DNA of 64,000 nucleotides from the human T2T-CHM13v2.0 reference genome, Homo sapiens (GCF_009914755.1 NC_060926.1), one strand, 5' to 3'; shown: positions 31,750 to 48,426, counted from the stretch's first letter. The notes: generated by a model not told the origin, from the sequence alone. Translations and numbers: made by a program.

Positions 31750-32745
31750 CGAAGCGGATCCCGATGTACAAAGGGGAAAACAGCGGCTGGGAAAGCCTGA
31801 GCCACGGGCTCCAGGCGGCCAGTCGCGGTCCTCCCGGCGCGTGCCCTCCTCCTCCCCGACCTGGCCGGAGCTGACCGGGGCGGGTGTAGGCCCGGGGGCG
31901 GGAGGGCTACTGGATCCCAGGTGGGGCGGGTGTAGGCCCGGGGACGGGAGGGCGACGGGATCCCAGGTAGGGCGGGGCCTGGCTCCGGGCGCGACGGCTC
32001 TTTGCTCGCAGCGCCGCGCCGTCTCGAGGTCGGGGTGCGGCCCGACCCCACGTGCCCCAAATCCCCCCCGCTGCCCTGTAAAACCTGCGGGCCCCGGTCC
32101 AGGCGTGGTCCCGCTCGCACGAGGGAGCGGTCGCCCAGGGTGCCGGGAAGTCGGGGACCGGCCAGCCGCCGACCGGCCGCACCCCTCCCCGCCGAGCTCG
32201 CGCGCCCGCCTCGTCAGCACCTTTCCCGCAGCGCAGCCCCACAGTGGTCACGAGGCGGGCGCGGCCCGGTCAGCCCTGGCTAGACTAGGCATCGGCACCA
32301 CCCACCTCGCCCCTCCCCGTCCCGCTGGTTTCCCCTCCCCCTCCTTCCCCTCCCCCTCTCTGTTCTCCTTCCCCTCCCGATCCCCGGGCGGGCAGCAGCG
32401 CGCCACGTACCTGGCCCCGCCCCTGCGAGCCACGCAGGGAACCCCGGTGACGTCACCACCCTCCGGCGCTCTCATTCCCGCGCTCTCCAGAAAAGACGCG
32501 AAGGTGGTGACGTGTCCCGTGCGCCAGGGCGGCTGCGCAGGAGGCATTGGCAACTGAGCGTCCTGCGGCGCCGCCTGGTGGAAGCAAAGCAGCCGAGCCC
32601 CCCGGAAGCGGCGGCGCGGGCGAGTGGAGAACGTGACTTACGTCATCTGGCGGAGGCGTGGGGGCGGCTGCCGCGTGACCAGCCCCAGCCAGGCGCGGTC
32701 GGCGCGTTTCTCTTTCTCTTCTCCTACTCTCAGCGGAGCGGGTGG
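31750..32745. promoter_or_regulatory. CpG island / promoter-like region with no adjacent coding exon
   Basis: Very high GC and CpG content in non-repeat sequence. GC boxes, palindromic CRE GGTGACGTCACC at 32446-32457, further ACGT cores near 32405, 32510 and 32631-32645, and an ETS-like CCGGAAG near 32602. Confidence 0.88.
31877..31977 (+). repeat. 46-bp GC-rich tandem repeat, about 2.2 copies
   Basis: ggggcgggtgtaggcccgggg(g/a)cgggagggc(t/g)ac(t/g)ggatcccaggt at 31877 and 31923, then a partial third copy. Confidence 0.9.
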
Positions 32746-32817
32746 AAGCTTGATTTCATGCCGTTTATTTTACTTTGACTGTTTTCAAACCTATCAAGTT
32801 AATATTGTTAATTATAG

Positions 32818-32980
32818 AAAACGTGGGGGGAAAAGGGAAAAGATAGGTAGAAAATGATTCTTAGCATCCCCAAGCATCTTTAACCTTTCATTATGTTTAC
32901 TTCCAGCCTTTTTCATGAAACAAAATTGTGGTCTGACTGTATACAGTGGTATTAACTACAAAGATTCCTAAGAAGGGACA
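32818..32980 (+). repeat. Left arm (donor) of a 163-bp inverted duplication
   Basis: Reverse complement of 33886-34048; I see 2 mismatches. Confidence 0.95.
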
Positions 32981-33469
32981 AAAAGCACCTTTTAGCTTCA
33001 AGGCTAATTTAGAGGAACAGGTAGAAGAGGAAAAGTTCAAACAATGGACAAAATGAGTGATTCGTCCACGGTATCTAATCACTGTTCACATCATCCGGAG
33101 GAAACGGGCTCAGAGTCATGCCCAAGGCCGCGCATAAAAGAGTGGCAGACTGGGGTTTCAAACCCAGGCTCTAAACTGTGAACCTGCAAGATGGTGGGAG
33201 TGGGGAAGACAGTGAAAAGTTGTGCAGGGAATTCACAGAACTACAGAACCCACTTTGTACTTCTGGAACTGCTGAGTGGGGAACTAGTTCTAAGGAACAA
33301 GGTTAGTGCCCCAGCAGTTGGAGCAGTTTGGTGAGAGAGTGGCACAAAGCTGACACTGGTACATGGCCCTGGCCACTAGTTGTTAAGTTCCACCCATCTC
33401 CAGCACTGCCCTCCCCATGAGTGACAGTGAAAGGTGGGAGGGACGTTACAGGACTGTATCAGGCATTAG

Positions 33470-34156
<687 letters not shown>

Positions 34157-34293
34157 TTGTAAATAAAGTAAGTCGTCCTGCTCGCTTGGTACAGCAGGTG
34201 GGATGGTAGATGCGAAGGGCGCTTGCAGAACTGGATGATGGGAAGACAGGCAGGCAGGGAGCAAGGTCGGTAAGGAGGATTAAAAAAAAATCA

Positions 34294-34575
<282 letters not shown>

Positions 34576-35301
34576 TCAAAAAAAAAAAAAAATTCCTACG
34601 AGTGTCAGAAAATATGATCTGCCACAAAGGAAAACCAGGAAATCAGAATCTGGGAGCTAAAGGAAGAAGAAATAGGTGAAGCAGGTAAGCAGATCTCTTG
34701 AGAAAATTCACTAATAGACAAAGGGCTGCCCCCCTGTGGGTGATTTTTTTGTGTTGTCTGTGACTTACAGGGTCTAGTTATTATAATTCACAGAGCTTAG
34801 GGAGAGCAGCCCCTGCCCATCCCCTCCAGCAGGGTATAGTGAGATTTCTCTGGGTTCTTCTAGCTGAGGGCATATTCTGGGCGTTTTTGGACAGGGGAGA
34901 ACCAGGGATAGGAGGAGCTGGCTGAGGTTCTGACAGAACAGTGTCTGTTGGATGAGGGCTGGAGTATGTATGGTGTGCGCTTGTGTATGCACATGTGGGC
35001 TGGAGGGAAGGGCAGGGCATTGGCACCAACCCAGGACAGCAGTCACTGAAAGATGGGGTGAATTTAGGTGATTGGGAATTAGTGGGCCCACAAAGCCACA
35101 GGGCTGATGACATCTGGTACCTTGAAAGTCAGGTGGCAGGCCTACAGATCTCTTGGGTGGATAGTTCTTGGAGTTAGAGTTTGGAGGTCCCCAAGTAGCT
35201 TCTAAATATTAGCAATCTGGCTGGGCGCCGTGACTCACGCCTGTAATCCCAGCACACTTTGGGAGGTCGAGGCAGGTGGATCACCTGAGGTCAGGAGTTC
35301 A

Positions 35302-35500
<199 letters not shown>

Positions 35501-36378
35501 TCAAAAAAGAAAAAAATTTGTATATATATATGCAATCTGTTTTATATATATATATAAGCAATCTGTTGAGACAACAGTAGTACTGGTAGAGGCAGGGCCA
35601 TAGTAGATTAGAACCAGAGTGTTCTGAGTGGAGGAGTAGCAAGTTGTTGTTCTCATGAGGATGTCAGGGGCCCCAGCCATGTTGCCTGGAGGAGGAAGAG
35701 TTAAGAAGGCATCCCTCTCAGACCTATTGATACACTTAGTCTGAGAATGATCAGTCTGTGCGGTAGACAGGAGGCCGTGTGGGTATGGAGGGTTTTAAGC
35801 TGTTCTCTCCAGAATACAAATGGTGGCTTAGCTTGGAGAGGCAGCACCTGGGCAGTCCTTAGAGATCCCATTGACTGATGGAGGAGGGGTGCAATGGACA
35901 GTACACGTGGGAATGTGTATGGGTGGGGAGGTAGGTGGATGCGGGGTTTGAGGAGTGCTGCTGTGGGAGTATCTAGGACGACTCTGGGAGAGAGTGGGGC
36001 AGGCCCGAAATGAGATCAACACTGATGTTGTCCCAGAGGTGTCTGGAGGCTGGGAGTGGGTGCAGCAGTTCTGCTGGTCCTCCTAGGCCCGTGCTTGACT
36101 TGGTAGAGGGGGTGTCAAGTTAGAAAAAAAGGGGTGACTCTGAACTCCATTCCAGATTGTGATGGGCTGTGATAGTGTCCTGGAGTGGTGCTGGGGGGAA
36201 GATCTGACTGCTTGAGCAGAGTCCTCTTTGGGTGGATGATTTGCTCCACCCGTGTGTTTTGTGGCCCCTGTGGTTCTTCTGAGTCATTCAGGTATTACTA
36301 GAGCAGGCATCTGCCTGTCACCCACAGGTGTGTTTTGTGAAAAAGCTGTGACTGATGTCCTCCAAGTTTTCAGGTTGA

Positions 36379-36743
<365 letters not shown>

Positions 36744-37469
36744 TGAGCCACTGTGCCGGGCATGCCTCATCTAGTTTTATCTTCTCCACCTATCCAAACC
36801 CTTCCTCTCCTTTGAAGCCCAATTCAAGTTCTAGGTCTCTGTGCACCTCCCTGGATTCTCAACAATTTTCCCTATTGTCTGACGCACTTAGGAGCTGACA
36901 CAAACCAGCCCCTCAATCCCAGAGGGTAGACAACACAATGTGGTTATTCCTTCTCTTTTAGAGGCATAGTACCTCTCTTACCAAAAATGTCTCCCCCTCT
37001 GTTAGGCCAATCAGTGCCTTTTTGGGGGCTGGGAGGGGTTCTGCCTTTTGGATCAGAGAGTGGAGCAGTGAGTCCTGCTCCAGTGAGGAAGCCATACATT
37101 CAGGCACTTCAGGAGCCAGAATTCCTACTAGGGGAGCTGCTCTGTGCTGAGATCAAATGAAGCCCCAGAGAGAGGCAGAAATGGGTCAGATGGACCCTAG
37201 CTCCACAGGTCCCGAGGCCCAGCCACATCAGCTCCAGCCCAGTGTGGTTGTCTAGCTCTGCTTTAGTGTCCACAAGCCAGTCATTCATACCTATTTTGCC
37301 CAAGCTGGTTAACTGGCTTTCTGTCACTCGCAATTCAAAGTACCTGGTATGGCCGAGCGTGGTGGCTCACGCCTGTAATCCCAGCACTTTGGGAGGTCGA
37401 GGAGGGCAGATCACGAGGTCAGGAGTTCAAGACCAGCCTGGCCAACATAGTGAAACCCCGTCTCTACTA

Positions 37470-37700
<231 letters not shown>

Positions 37701-38519
37701 TCATTCCCTTCTTTCCTCCTTAAAGATAGGCTTATACTTCTGGGTCTTTCAGTATCTCTATTCTGTGATCATTCAATCAGAAACAGCAATTGAATTTTAC
37801 TAACTGAGAATATATAGAGATACAAGTATGAAGTGAACAAGCTATTACAGGCATTAGTTTTAAACAGCAATATTCCCTTGATACCTGTGAGAGGTGACAG
37901 CGTGCTGGCAGTCCTCAGAGCCCTCGCTTGCTCTCGGCACCTCCCCTGCCTGGGCTCCCACTTTGGTGGCATTTGAGGAGCCCTTCAGCCCCCCACTGCA
38001 CTGTGGGAGCCCCTTTCTGGGCTGGCCAAGGCTGGGAGGTGTGGAGGGAGAGGCACGAGCGGGAACCTGGGCTGTGTGCGGCGCTTGCGGGCCAGCTGGA
38101 GTTCCCGGTGGGCGGGGACTTGGTGGGCCCCGCACTCGGAGCAGCCAGCCAGCCCTGCTGGCCCCGGGCAATGGGGCACTTAGCACCTGGGTCAGTGGCT
38201 GCGGAGGGTGTACTGGGTCCCCCAGCAGTGCTGGCCCACCAGCGCTGCGCTCGATTTTTCGCCGGGCCTTAGCTGCCTTCCTGCGGGGCAGGGCTTAGGA
38301 CCTGCGGCCCGCCATGCCTGAGCCTTCCACCCACTCCATGGGCTCCTGTGCGGCCCGAGCCTCCCTGACGAGCACCACCCCCTGCTCCACAGTGCCCAGT
38401 CCCATCGACCACCCAAGGGCTGAGGAATGTGAGCGCATGGCGCAGGACTGGCAGGCAGCTCCACCTGCAGCCCCAGTGTGGGATCCACTGGGTGAAGCCA
38501 GCTGGGCTCCTGAGTCTGG

Positions 38520-39060
38520 GGGGGAATGTGGAGTCTTTATATCTAGCTCAGGGATTGTAAATACACCAATCAGCACCCTGTGTTTAGCTCAAGGTTTGTG
38601 AGTGCACCAGTCGACACTCTGTATCTAGCTGCTCTGGTGGGGACGTGGAGAGTCTTTATATCTAGCTCAGGGATTGTAACTACACCAATCAGCACCCTGT
38701 GTTTAGCTCAAGGTTTGTGAGTGCACCAATCAACACTCCGTATCTAGCTGCTCTGGTGAGGATGTGGAGAACCTTTATGTCTAGCTCAAGGATTGTAAAT
38801 ACACCAGTCGGCACTCTGTATCTAGCTCAAGGTTTGTAAACACACCAATCAGCACCCTGTGTTTAGCTCAAGGTTTGTGAGTGCACCAATCGACACTCTG
38901 TATCTAGCTGCTATGGTGGGGCCTTGGAGAACCTGTGTGTGGAAACTCTGTATCTAACTAATCTGATGGGGACGTGGAGAACCTTTGTATCTAGCTCAAG
39001 GATTGTAAACGCACCAATCAGCACCCTGACAAAACAGGCCACTCGGCTCTACCAATCAGC
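38520..39060 (+). repeat. LTR12 U3 tandem enhancer repeats (CACCAATCAGCAC / TATCTAGCT units; NF-Y and GATA type sites)
   Basis: Repeated caccaatcagcaccctgtgtttagctcaaggtttgt and actctgtatctagct units, as known for ERV9 LTRs. Confidence 0.88.
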
Positions 39061-39086
39061 AGGATGTGGGTGGGGCCAGATAAGAG

Positions 39087-39093
39087 CATAAAA
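39087..39093 (+). promoter_or_regulatory. LTR12 TATA-like box CATAAAA; the LTR's own AATAAA is at 39173-39178
   Basis: GATAAGAGCATAAAAGCAGGCTGCC follows the last CCAAT and GC box, the position of the ERV9 core promoter. Confidence 0.65.
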
Positions 39094-39629
39094 GCAGGCT
39101 GCCAGAGCCAGCATTGACAACCCGCTCGGGTCCCCTTCCACACTGTGGAAGCTTTGTTCTTTCGCTCTTTGCAATAAATCTTGCTACTGCTCTCACTCTT
39201 TGGGTCCATGCTGCTTTTATGAGCTGTAACACTCACCGCGAAGATCTGCAGCTTCACTCCTTAGCCCAGCGAGACCACGAGCCCACCGGGAGGAATGAAC
39301 AACTCCAGACGCGCTGCCTTAAGAGCTGTAACACTCACCGCGAAGGTCTGCAGCTTCACTCCTGAGCCAGCAAGACCACGAACCCACCAGAAGGAAGAAA
39401 CTCCGAACGCATCTGAACATCAGAAGGGGCAGACACCAGACGCGCCACCTTAACAGCTGTAACACTCACCGCGAGGGTCCGCGGCTTCATTCTTGAAGTC
39501 AGTGAGACCAAGAACCCACCAATTCCGGACACACCTGGATCTCTTTTTCCAGTATCACTATCAGTTAAATCCCGCCTCCCCCCCCCGAAATTTATAATTT
39601 TATAAACAGGCAACCATGAGATATAATTA

Positions 39630-40097
39630 GGAAAAACTAGTGACACTGCTTTATTTGAGAACAGAATAAAGAGCGTGGCTGGAACTCTGCCAAGATGGTC
39701 TTTAACATTCTGCCCTAACCAGGGTGTTAACTTTCCAACACTGTTGGTGTATGGCTGAGTGCTGCAGATTTCTCAGAGAATTAGCAAAAGGTTGAAATAA
39801 ACGCTAAAGATGAGTCCGTAAGAAGGAAAATAAGCTGGTTTTCTTTCTGTTCCTTTTAAAACTCTAGCCAGAAATACTGCCCAATGCATAATGAAGACTG
39901 TACACAGCAGCATCAAAAAGGCTATTTACAAGAGATTTTCTTCAACAGAATCCACTTGAAAGCACTGAGAATTTGCATCTTAGCTAAGAGCAGTTTACCA
40001 AGGAACAGGGCCATCTAAGTGCCTAACTAGCATTTAAAGTTGTCAAGGGGTGGGGATGTGCAAATTAAGCAGCAAAAGATTATTATCTTGTTTTGCT
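39630..40097 (-). other. C2orf42: 3' UTR of the minus-strand gene (lower end approximate)
   Basis: Unique non-repeat sequence between the stop codon and a minus-strand AATAAA; the cleavage site is inferred. Confidence 0.7.
39650..39655 (-). terminator. Polyadenylation signal AATAAA
   Basis: TTTATT on the + strand about 445 nt downstream of the stop, followed by U-rich sequence on the minus strand. Confidence 0.72.
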
Positions 40098-40306
40098 TTA
40101 AGGGAAAGTAATAGTGGTCAGAGGGGCCAGTTCCAAGGGCTGGTCCAAGGGGGGCCGCTGGTCTTGGTACTCCGCCACATGCCCATTCCGGTGGTGGCCA
40201 TACTCAAACTTGATCCGCAGCTCGCCAATCTTAGATTGGGGAAGGATATCTGGGATCCACTCGATGATGAAAGGTGTTGGCTCCTTTTGATCTGGGGAAG
40301 TGTTGC
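40098..40306 (-). CDS. C2orf42: Terminal coding exon ([69 protein letters not shown])
   Basis: Acceptor tttcttctctttAG|GCAAC; TAA stop at 40098-40100; phase matches the preceding exon; lies within track ORF 40098..40370. Confidence 0.9.
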
Positions 40307-40412
40307 CTAAAGAGAAGAAAGGAGTATTAGTACAATTCCACCTAACTCTAATGGGTGTTCCTAATTGCAAAAAAAGTGTCCGGAATTGGAGCAGCCTGTT
40401 CAGCTTTGATAA

Positions 40413-40667
<255 letters not shown>

Positions 40668-40980
40668 TAGTAGAGATGGGGTTTCATCGTGTTAGCCAGG
40701 ATGGCTCAATCTCTTGACCTTGTGATCCGCCCACCTCAGACTCCCAAGTGCTGGGATTACAGGCGTGAGCCACCACGCCCAGCCATCATGAAGTTAAAAC
40801 ATATATATTTAGGCCAGGCATGGTAGTTCATGCCTGTAATCCCAACAGTGTTGGTGGGCAAGGCGAGAGGATAGCTTGAGGCCAGGAGTTTAAGACCAGC
40901 CTATGCAACAAAGTGAGACCCTGTCTCTACAAAAAATTAAATTAGCCAGGTGTGGTGAAATGTGCCCATAGTCCCAACTA

Positions 40981-41208
<228 letters not shown>

Positions 41209-41504
41209 CTACTAAAAATACAAAGATTATCCAGGTGTGGTAGCATGCTCCTGTAATCCCAGTTACTCGGGAGGCTAAGGCAGAAGAATCGCCTGAACCC
41301 AGGAGGTGGAGGCTTCAGTGAGCCAAGATCGCACCACTTCACTCCACCCTGGGCAACAGAGTGAGACTCCGCCTCAAAAAACACCCCCAAAAAATAAAAA
41401 AACAAGAAGGATGGATTAATTAATGTATATACATTTTTATATTATAAAAATTAACAATGTATATACATTTTTCTCTCAGCACTACTAAATCTTTGACTTC
41501 ATAA

Positions 41505-41831
<327 letters not shown>

Positions 41832-42588
41832 TAACTTCACTATGTTACTCTCCCTCCACTTTAGCCTAAATAGTCACCCCTTTTAAATTCCTTCCCTCTA
41901 CTTCTTTTGGTCCTTTCTCACAAAGACTAAGACATCACTGATATGATGAGAAACAAAGCATCCATCCACCCACCCCAGACTAACAACTTCATTGGCAGGG
42001 TATTTTGGTCTGTTTGGTTTCTTTTAGTCATAGAATATAAATGTTAGGTATTATCTAGTTCATGTTTGTCACAGACATTCTAGCTTCCATTTCAAATGAT
42101 ATCTGGAGCTGCTGCCAACTTTTCACTTAAATATCAATGAAGACATAGAAAAAGATAAAAACTTACAACTGATGAACACTAAGACTACTGGCAGCTTCTG
42201 GGAGGAAATATAAAACAGGTGGAGATGGATGGAAAGAAACCTACCCAGACTTTGGCCATAGCATATCCCATCTTTCCTTCATAAAGGGAGGCTACATGGA
42301 AAAAGGCAGGAAAATACTTTGTCTCTCTCACTGTTTGTGCCCTGGCTAGTACTTGTACAGAGCAGCAAATGAGCAGCGCCACTTCGTTTCCTTTAGAACA
42401 TCTCACACACACCCCTCCCCACTCATGTACCTGAATTCTTGATGACTGCAAAGGGGACTTGGAGGAGAGTAGGTGCATTTAAGGTGAATAGCAGGGCCAG
42501 GTGCAGTCGCTCACGTCTGTAAACCCAGCACTTTGGGAGGCCAAGCCGGGCAGATCATGAGGTCAGGAGTTCGAGACCAGCCTGATCA

Positions 42589-42747
<159 letters not shown>

Positions 42748-43538
42748 CTAGGCAACAGAGCAAGACTCCATCTCAAAAAAAAAAAAAAAGTGAATAGCAG
42801 TGGCAGAGTGTGTTCTGGAAGGTACAGTCTGCACTAGTAAAGCAATTTGGGTGTGAGAAGGAGGAGAAACCCTTGAAAACTATATATGCGGGGAATCTTA
42901 GTTTTGTGTGTTTTTTTCCTATATTCCATTATTAGCAATGAAGGAGGCAGAGATGGTCAGGAGATGCCACTGTGGTAGGAAAGAGAAACATTAGATCTGA
43001 GAACTCTGCATCAGCGCTCCACATACAGATCTGAGAGGGAGCCAGCCATCATGCAGGAGTGGTCCCAAGCAACCTGCCTGTTACCAGAATTTGAGTCTGG
43101 ACAGATCTTTTTTTTTTTTTTTTTGAGACAGAGTTTTGCTCTGTCGCCAGGCTGTAGTGGTGCGATCTCGGCTCACTGCAAGCTCTGCCTCCCAGGTTCA
43201 TGCCATTCTCCTGCCTCAGCCTCCTGAGTAGCTGGGACTACAGGCGCCCGCCACCACGCCCAGCTAATTTTTTTGTATTTTTAGTAGAGATGGGGTTTCA
43301 CCATGTTAGCCAGGATGGTCTCGATCTCCTGACCTCGTGATCCACCCGCCTTGGCCTCCCAAAGTCTGGACAGATCTTAATCTGTTCAGTAATAAGTAAA
43401 GAAAAGAACAGGAAATTAAAAAAAAAAAAAACTACATAAGGAAAAGGGAGTAAACAGCTAGAAGAATCAAAGGAAGGGAAAGCAATGACTGATATATCTA
43501 TCCAAAAGAAAATTTAAACGGCCGGGCGCGGTGGCTCA

Positions 43539-43884
<346 letters not shown>

Positions 43885-44154
43885 TTATGAAAGTAAGGCC
43901 AGAATCATTAAGGAGAGCTCAGACTGGGAGGAAAAGGCAGCTGGATGAGAGTAAAAGGAAGACGAACAAGAAAAGGCCAAATTTCAAGAATCACAAAGAA
44001 TAGAATTAAAATCTACATGGTCAGCTGGGCACAGTGGCTCATGCCTGTAATCCCAGCACTTTGAGAGGATCAGGGTGGAGGATCACTTGAGGTCAGGAGT
44101 TCAAGACCAGCCTGGGCAACATAGTAAGACCCCCATCTCTGTAAGAAATTTTTA

Positions 44155-44191
<37 letters not shown>

Positions 44192-44677
44192 ACATGGTTC
44201 TAAAATATATTATAAACCCGTAATAACCCAAAGAGTGTGGTACTAGCATGCATCTAGACAGATTAAAGGAAGAAAACAGAAAGATTAGAAATAGACACAA
44301 ATACAACAGGAATTTAGCCTAAGATAAAGATGGCATTTGTAACTACTAAAAGAAGAACAAATAAGTGTTTCTTCTAATAAATGGTTTGTATCAACCAGAT
44401 ATCCATCTGGAAGAAAATAAAAGGTGGTAGAATCTTACCTATAACTTACCTAACTTACATCATGATAAATTCCAGAGAATCAAAGTTTTTTGTTTTGTTT
44501 TGTTTTGTTTTGTTTGAGACAAGATCTTGCTCTGTCACCTAGGCTGGAGCGTAGTGACACAATCATGGCTCACTGCAGCCTCGACCTCCAGGGCCCAAGC
44601 GATCCTCCCACCTCAGCCTCCAAAGTAGCTGGGACCACAGGCATGTACCACCATTCCTGGCTAATTTTTTTTTTTTT

Positions 44678-45058
44678 GAAAGTAAGTTTATTAAGAAAGT
44701 AAAGGAGGCCGGGCATGGTGGCTCACGCCTGTAATCCAGCACTTTGGGAGGCCAAGGCGGGCAGATCACAAGGTCAAGAGATCAAGACCATCCTGGCCAA
44801 CATGGTGAAACCCCGTCTCTACTAAAAATACAAAAATTAGCTGGGCATGATGGCACAGGCCTGTAGTCCCAGCTACTAAGGAGGCTGAGGCAGAAGAATT
44901 GCTTGAACCTGGGAGGTGGAGGTTGCAGTGAGCAAGATCGCACCACTGCACTCCAGCCTGGTGTCAGAGCAAGACTCCATCTAAAAAAATAAAAAATAAA
45001 AAGAAGGTAAAAAGAAGGTAAAGGAATAAAGAATGGCTACTTCATAGGCAGAGGAGCC
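44678..45058 (-). mobile_element. Short MER41-like LTR 3' fragment with poly(A), interrupted by an Alu (44707 to about 45011)
   Basis: Reconstructed minus strand GGCTCCTCTGCCTATGAAGTAGCCATTCTTTATTCCTTTACTTTCTTAATAAACTTACTTTC(A)n matches my recall of the MER41 R region. Confidence 0.72.
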
Positions 45059-45230
45059 CCTGGCTAATTTTAAAAATTCTTTTATAGAGATGGGGTCTCC
45101 TTGTGTTGCTCAGGCTGGTCTCAAACTCCTGGGCTCAAGCTATCCTCCAACCCCAGCCTCCCAAAGTGCTGGGATTATAGGTGTGAGCTGCTGTGCTCTG
45201 TCAGATCAAAGATTTAAACATAGAAGGTTA

Positions 45231-45895
<665 letters not shown>

Positions 45896-46303
45896 TCAAA
45901 AAAAAAAGAATATGGTATCACCTTCAAAAACTATGAAGACAAGACAGAGAACGTAGTCCATTTAGCAAAAAATAAGACAAAAGACCAACTATATAAATTA
46001 TAATAAATATAAAGAGGATAGACCATTAAAATTAGAAAAACTCAAAACCAAGTATATAATGTTGATAAGAGATTCATCTAAGTTGGGCCTGGTGGTGTGT
46101 GCCTGTAGTCCCACCTCCTTGGGAGGCAGAGTGGAAGGATCACTTGAACCCAGGAGTTCAAGGCTGTAGTGCACTATGATCACACCTGGAAATAGCCATT
46201 GCACTCCAGCCTGAGCAACATGGCAAGACCCTGTCTCTGAAAAAAGATTCCATTAAAACAGTGTCACAAAAAAGTTAAAACTAAATGGATGGCGAACATA
46301 TTA

Positions 46304-46633
<330 letters not shown>

Positions 46634-46914
46634 TTAAAAGAATAAAAAACAAAAGAAAGCTGGTGTCACTGTTGTAATACTGGACAAAGAATTTAGGGCA
46701 AAGTTATTTTTACATTGATAACATACAATTTACGTTAACAACATCTGGCAATAACTCTGATGTACCAACAACACTGCATTTAAAATAATTAAAGGCTTTT
46801 AGAAATATAAGAAGTCATTCAGGGAAACATAATTTTAGAAGCAAATGGTAAAATGACTCTTCTAGTCTTTGGCAGGTCAAAGAGATAACAAAGAGGACTT
46901 AAACACCAAAATAA

Positions 46915-47590
<676 letters not shown>

Positions 47591-47659
47591 CTAGCACAAA
47601 TTCATATCATATATTGTTAGTGAAAAAACATTTTAAAATTCCTAAAAAGAAAGAAATTA

Positions 47660-48012
<353 letters not shown>

Positions 48013-48123
48013 CTAAGAATATGAAGATTAAAAGCCTCAACTAATTTGAAATTTTAAATACAAGGTACTGAGGACAGGGAGAAACTAAATTATAATTATA
48101 GATGATTCAGATAATAACTTTAA

Positions 48124-48426
<303 letters not shown>

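Larger units (their letters stand above)
37888..39533 (+). mobile_element. Solo LTR12C-type LTR (ERV9/HERV9 family), 1646 bp, TSD CCTG
   Basis: Begins TGAGAGGTGACAGCGTGCTGGCAGTCC and ends CCAATTCCGGACACA. CCTG is present at 37884-37887 and 39534-39537. Has a GC-rich U3, a CCAAT/GATA tandem block and three GCTGTAACACTCACCGCG repeats. Confidence 0.95.

Noticed and set aside
31745-32557. 270-aa ORF and overlapping Pro/Arg/Gly-rich ORFs
   Set aside because: Expected stop-codon scarcity in a CpG island; starts at GTG, low complexity, ORFs in several frames at once, no recognisable homology.
38520-39480. Repeat-spacer-like array resembling CRISPR
   Set aside because: These are the known ERV9 LTR tandem units; the 'spacers' are themselves repeated, there are no cas genes, and the DNA is primate.
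37860-39646. ORFs of 64-134 aa in the LTR
   Set aside because: They lie wholly or largely within LTR12 sequence; no gag/pol/env, as this is a solo LTR.
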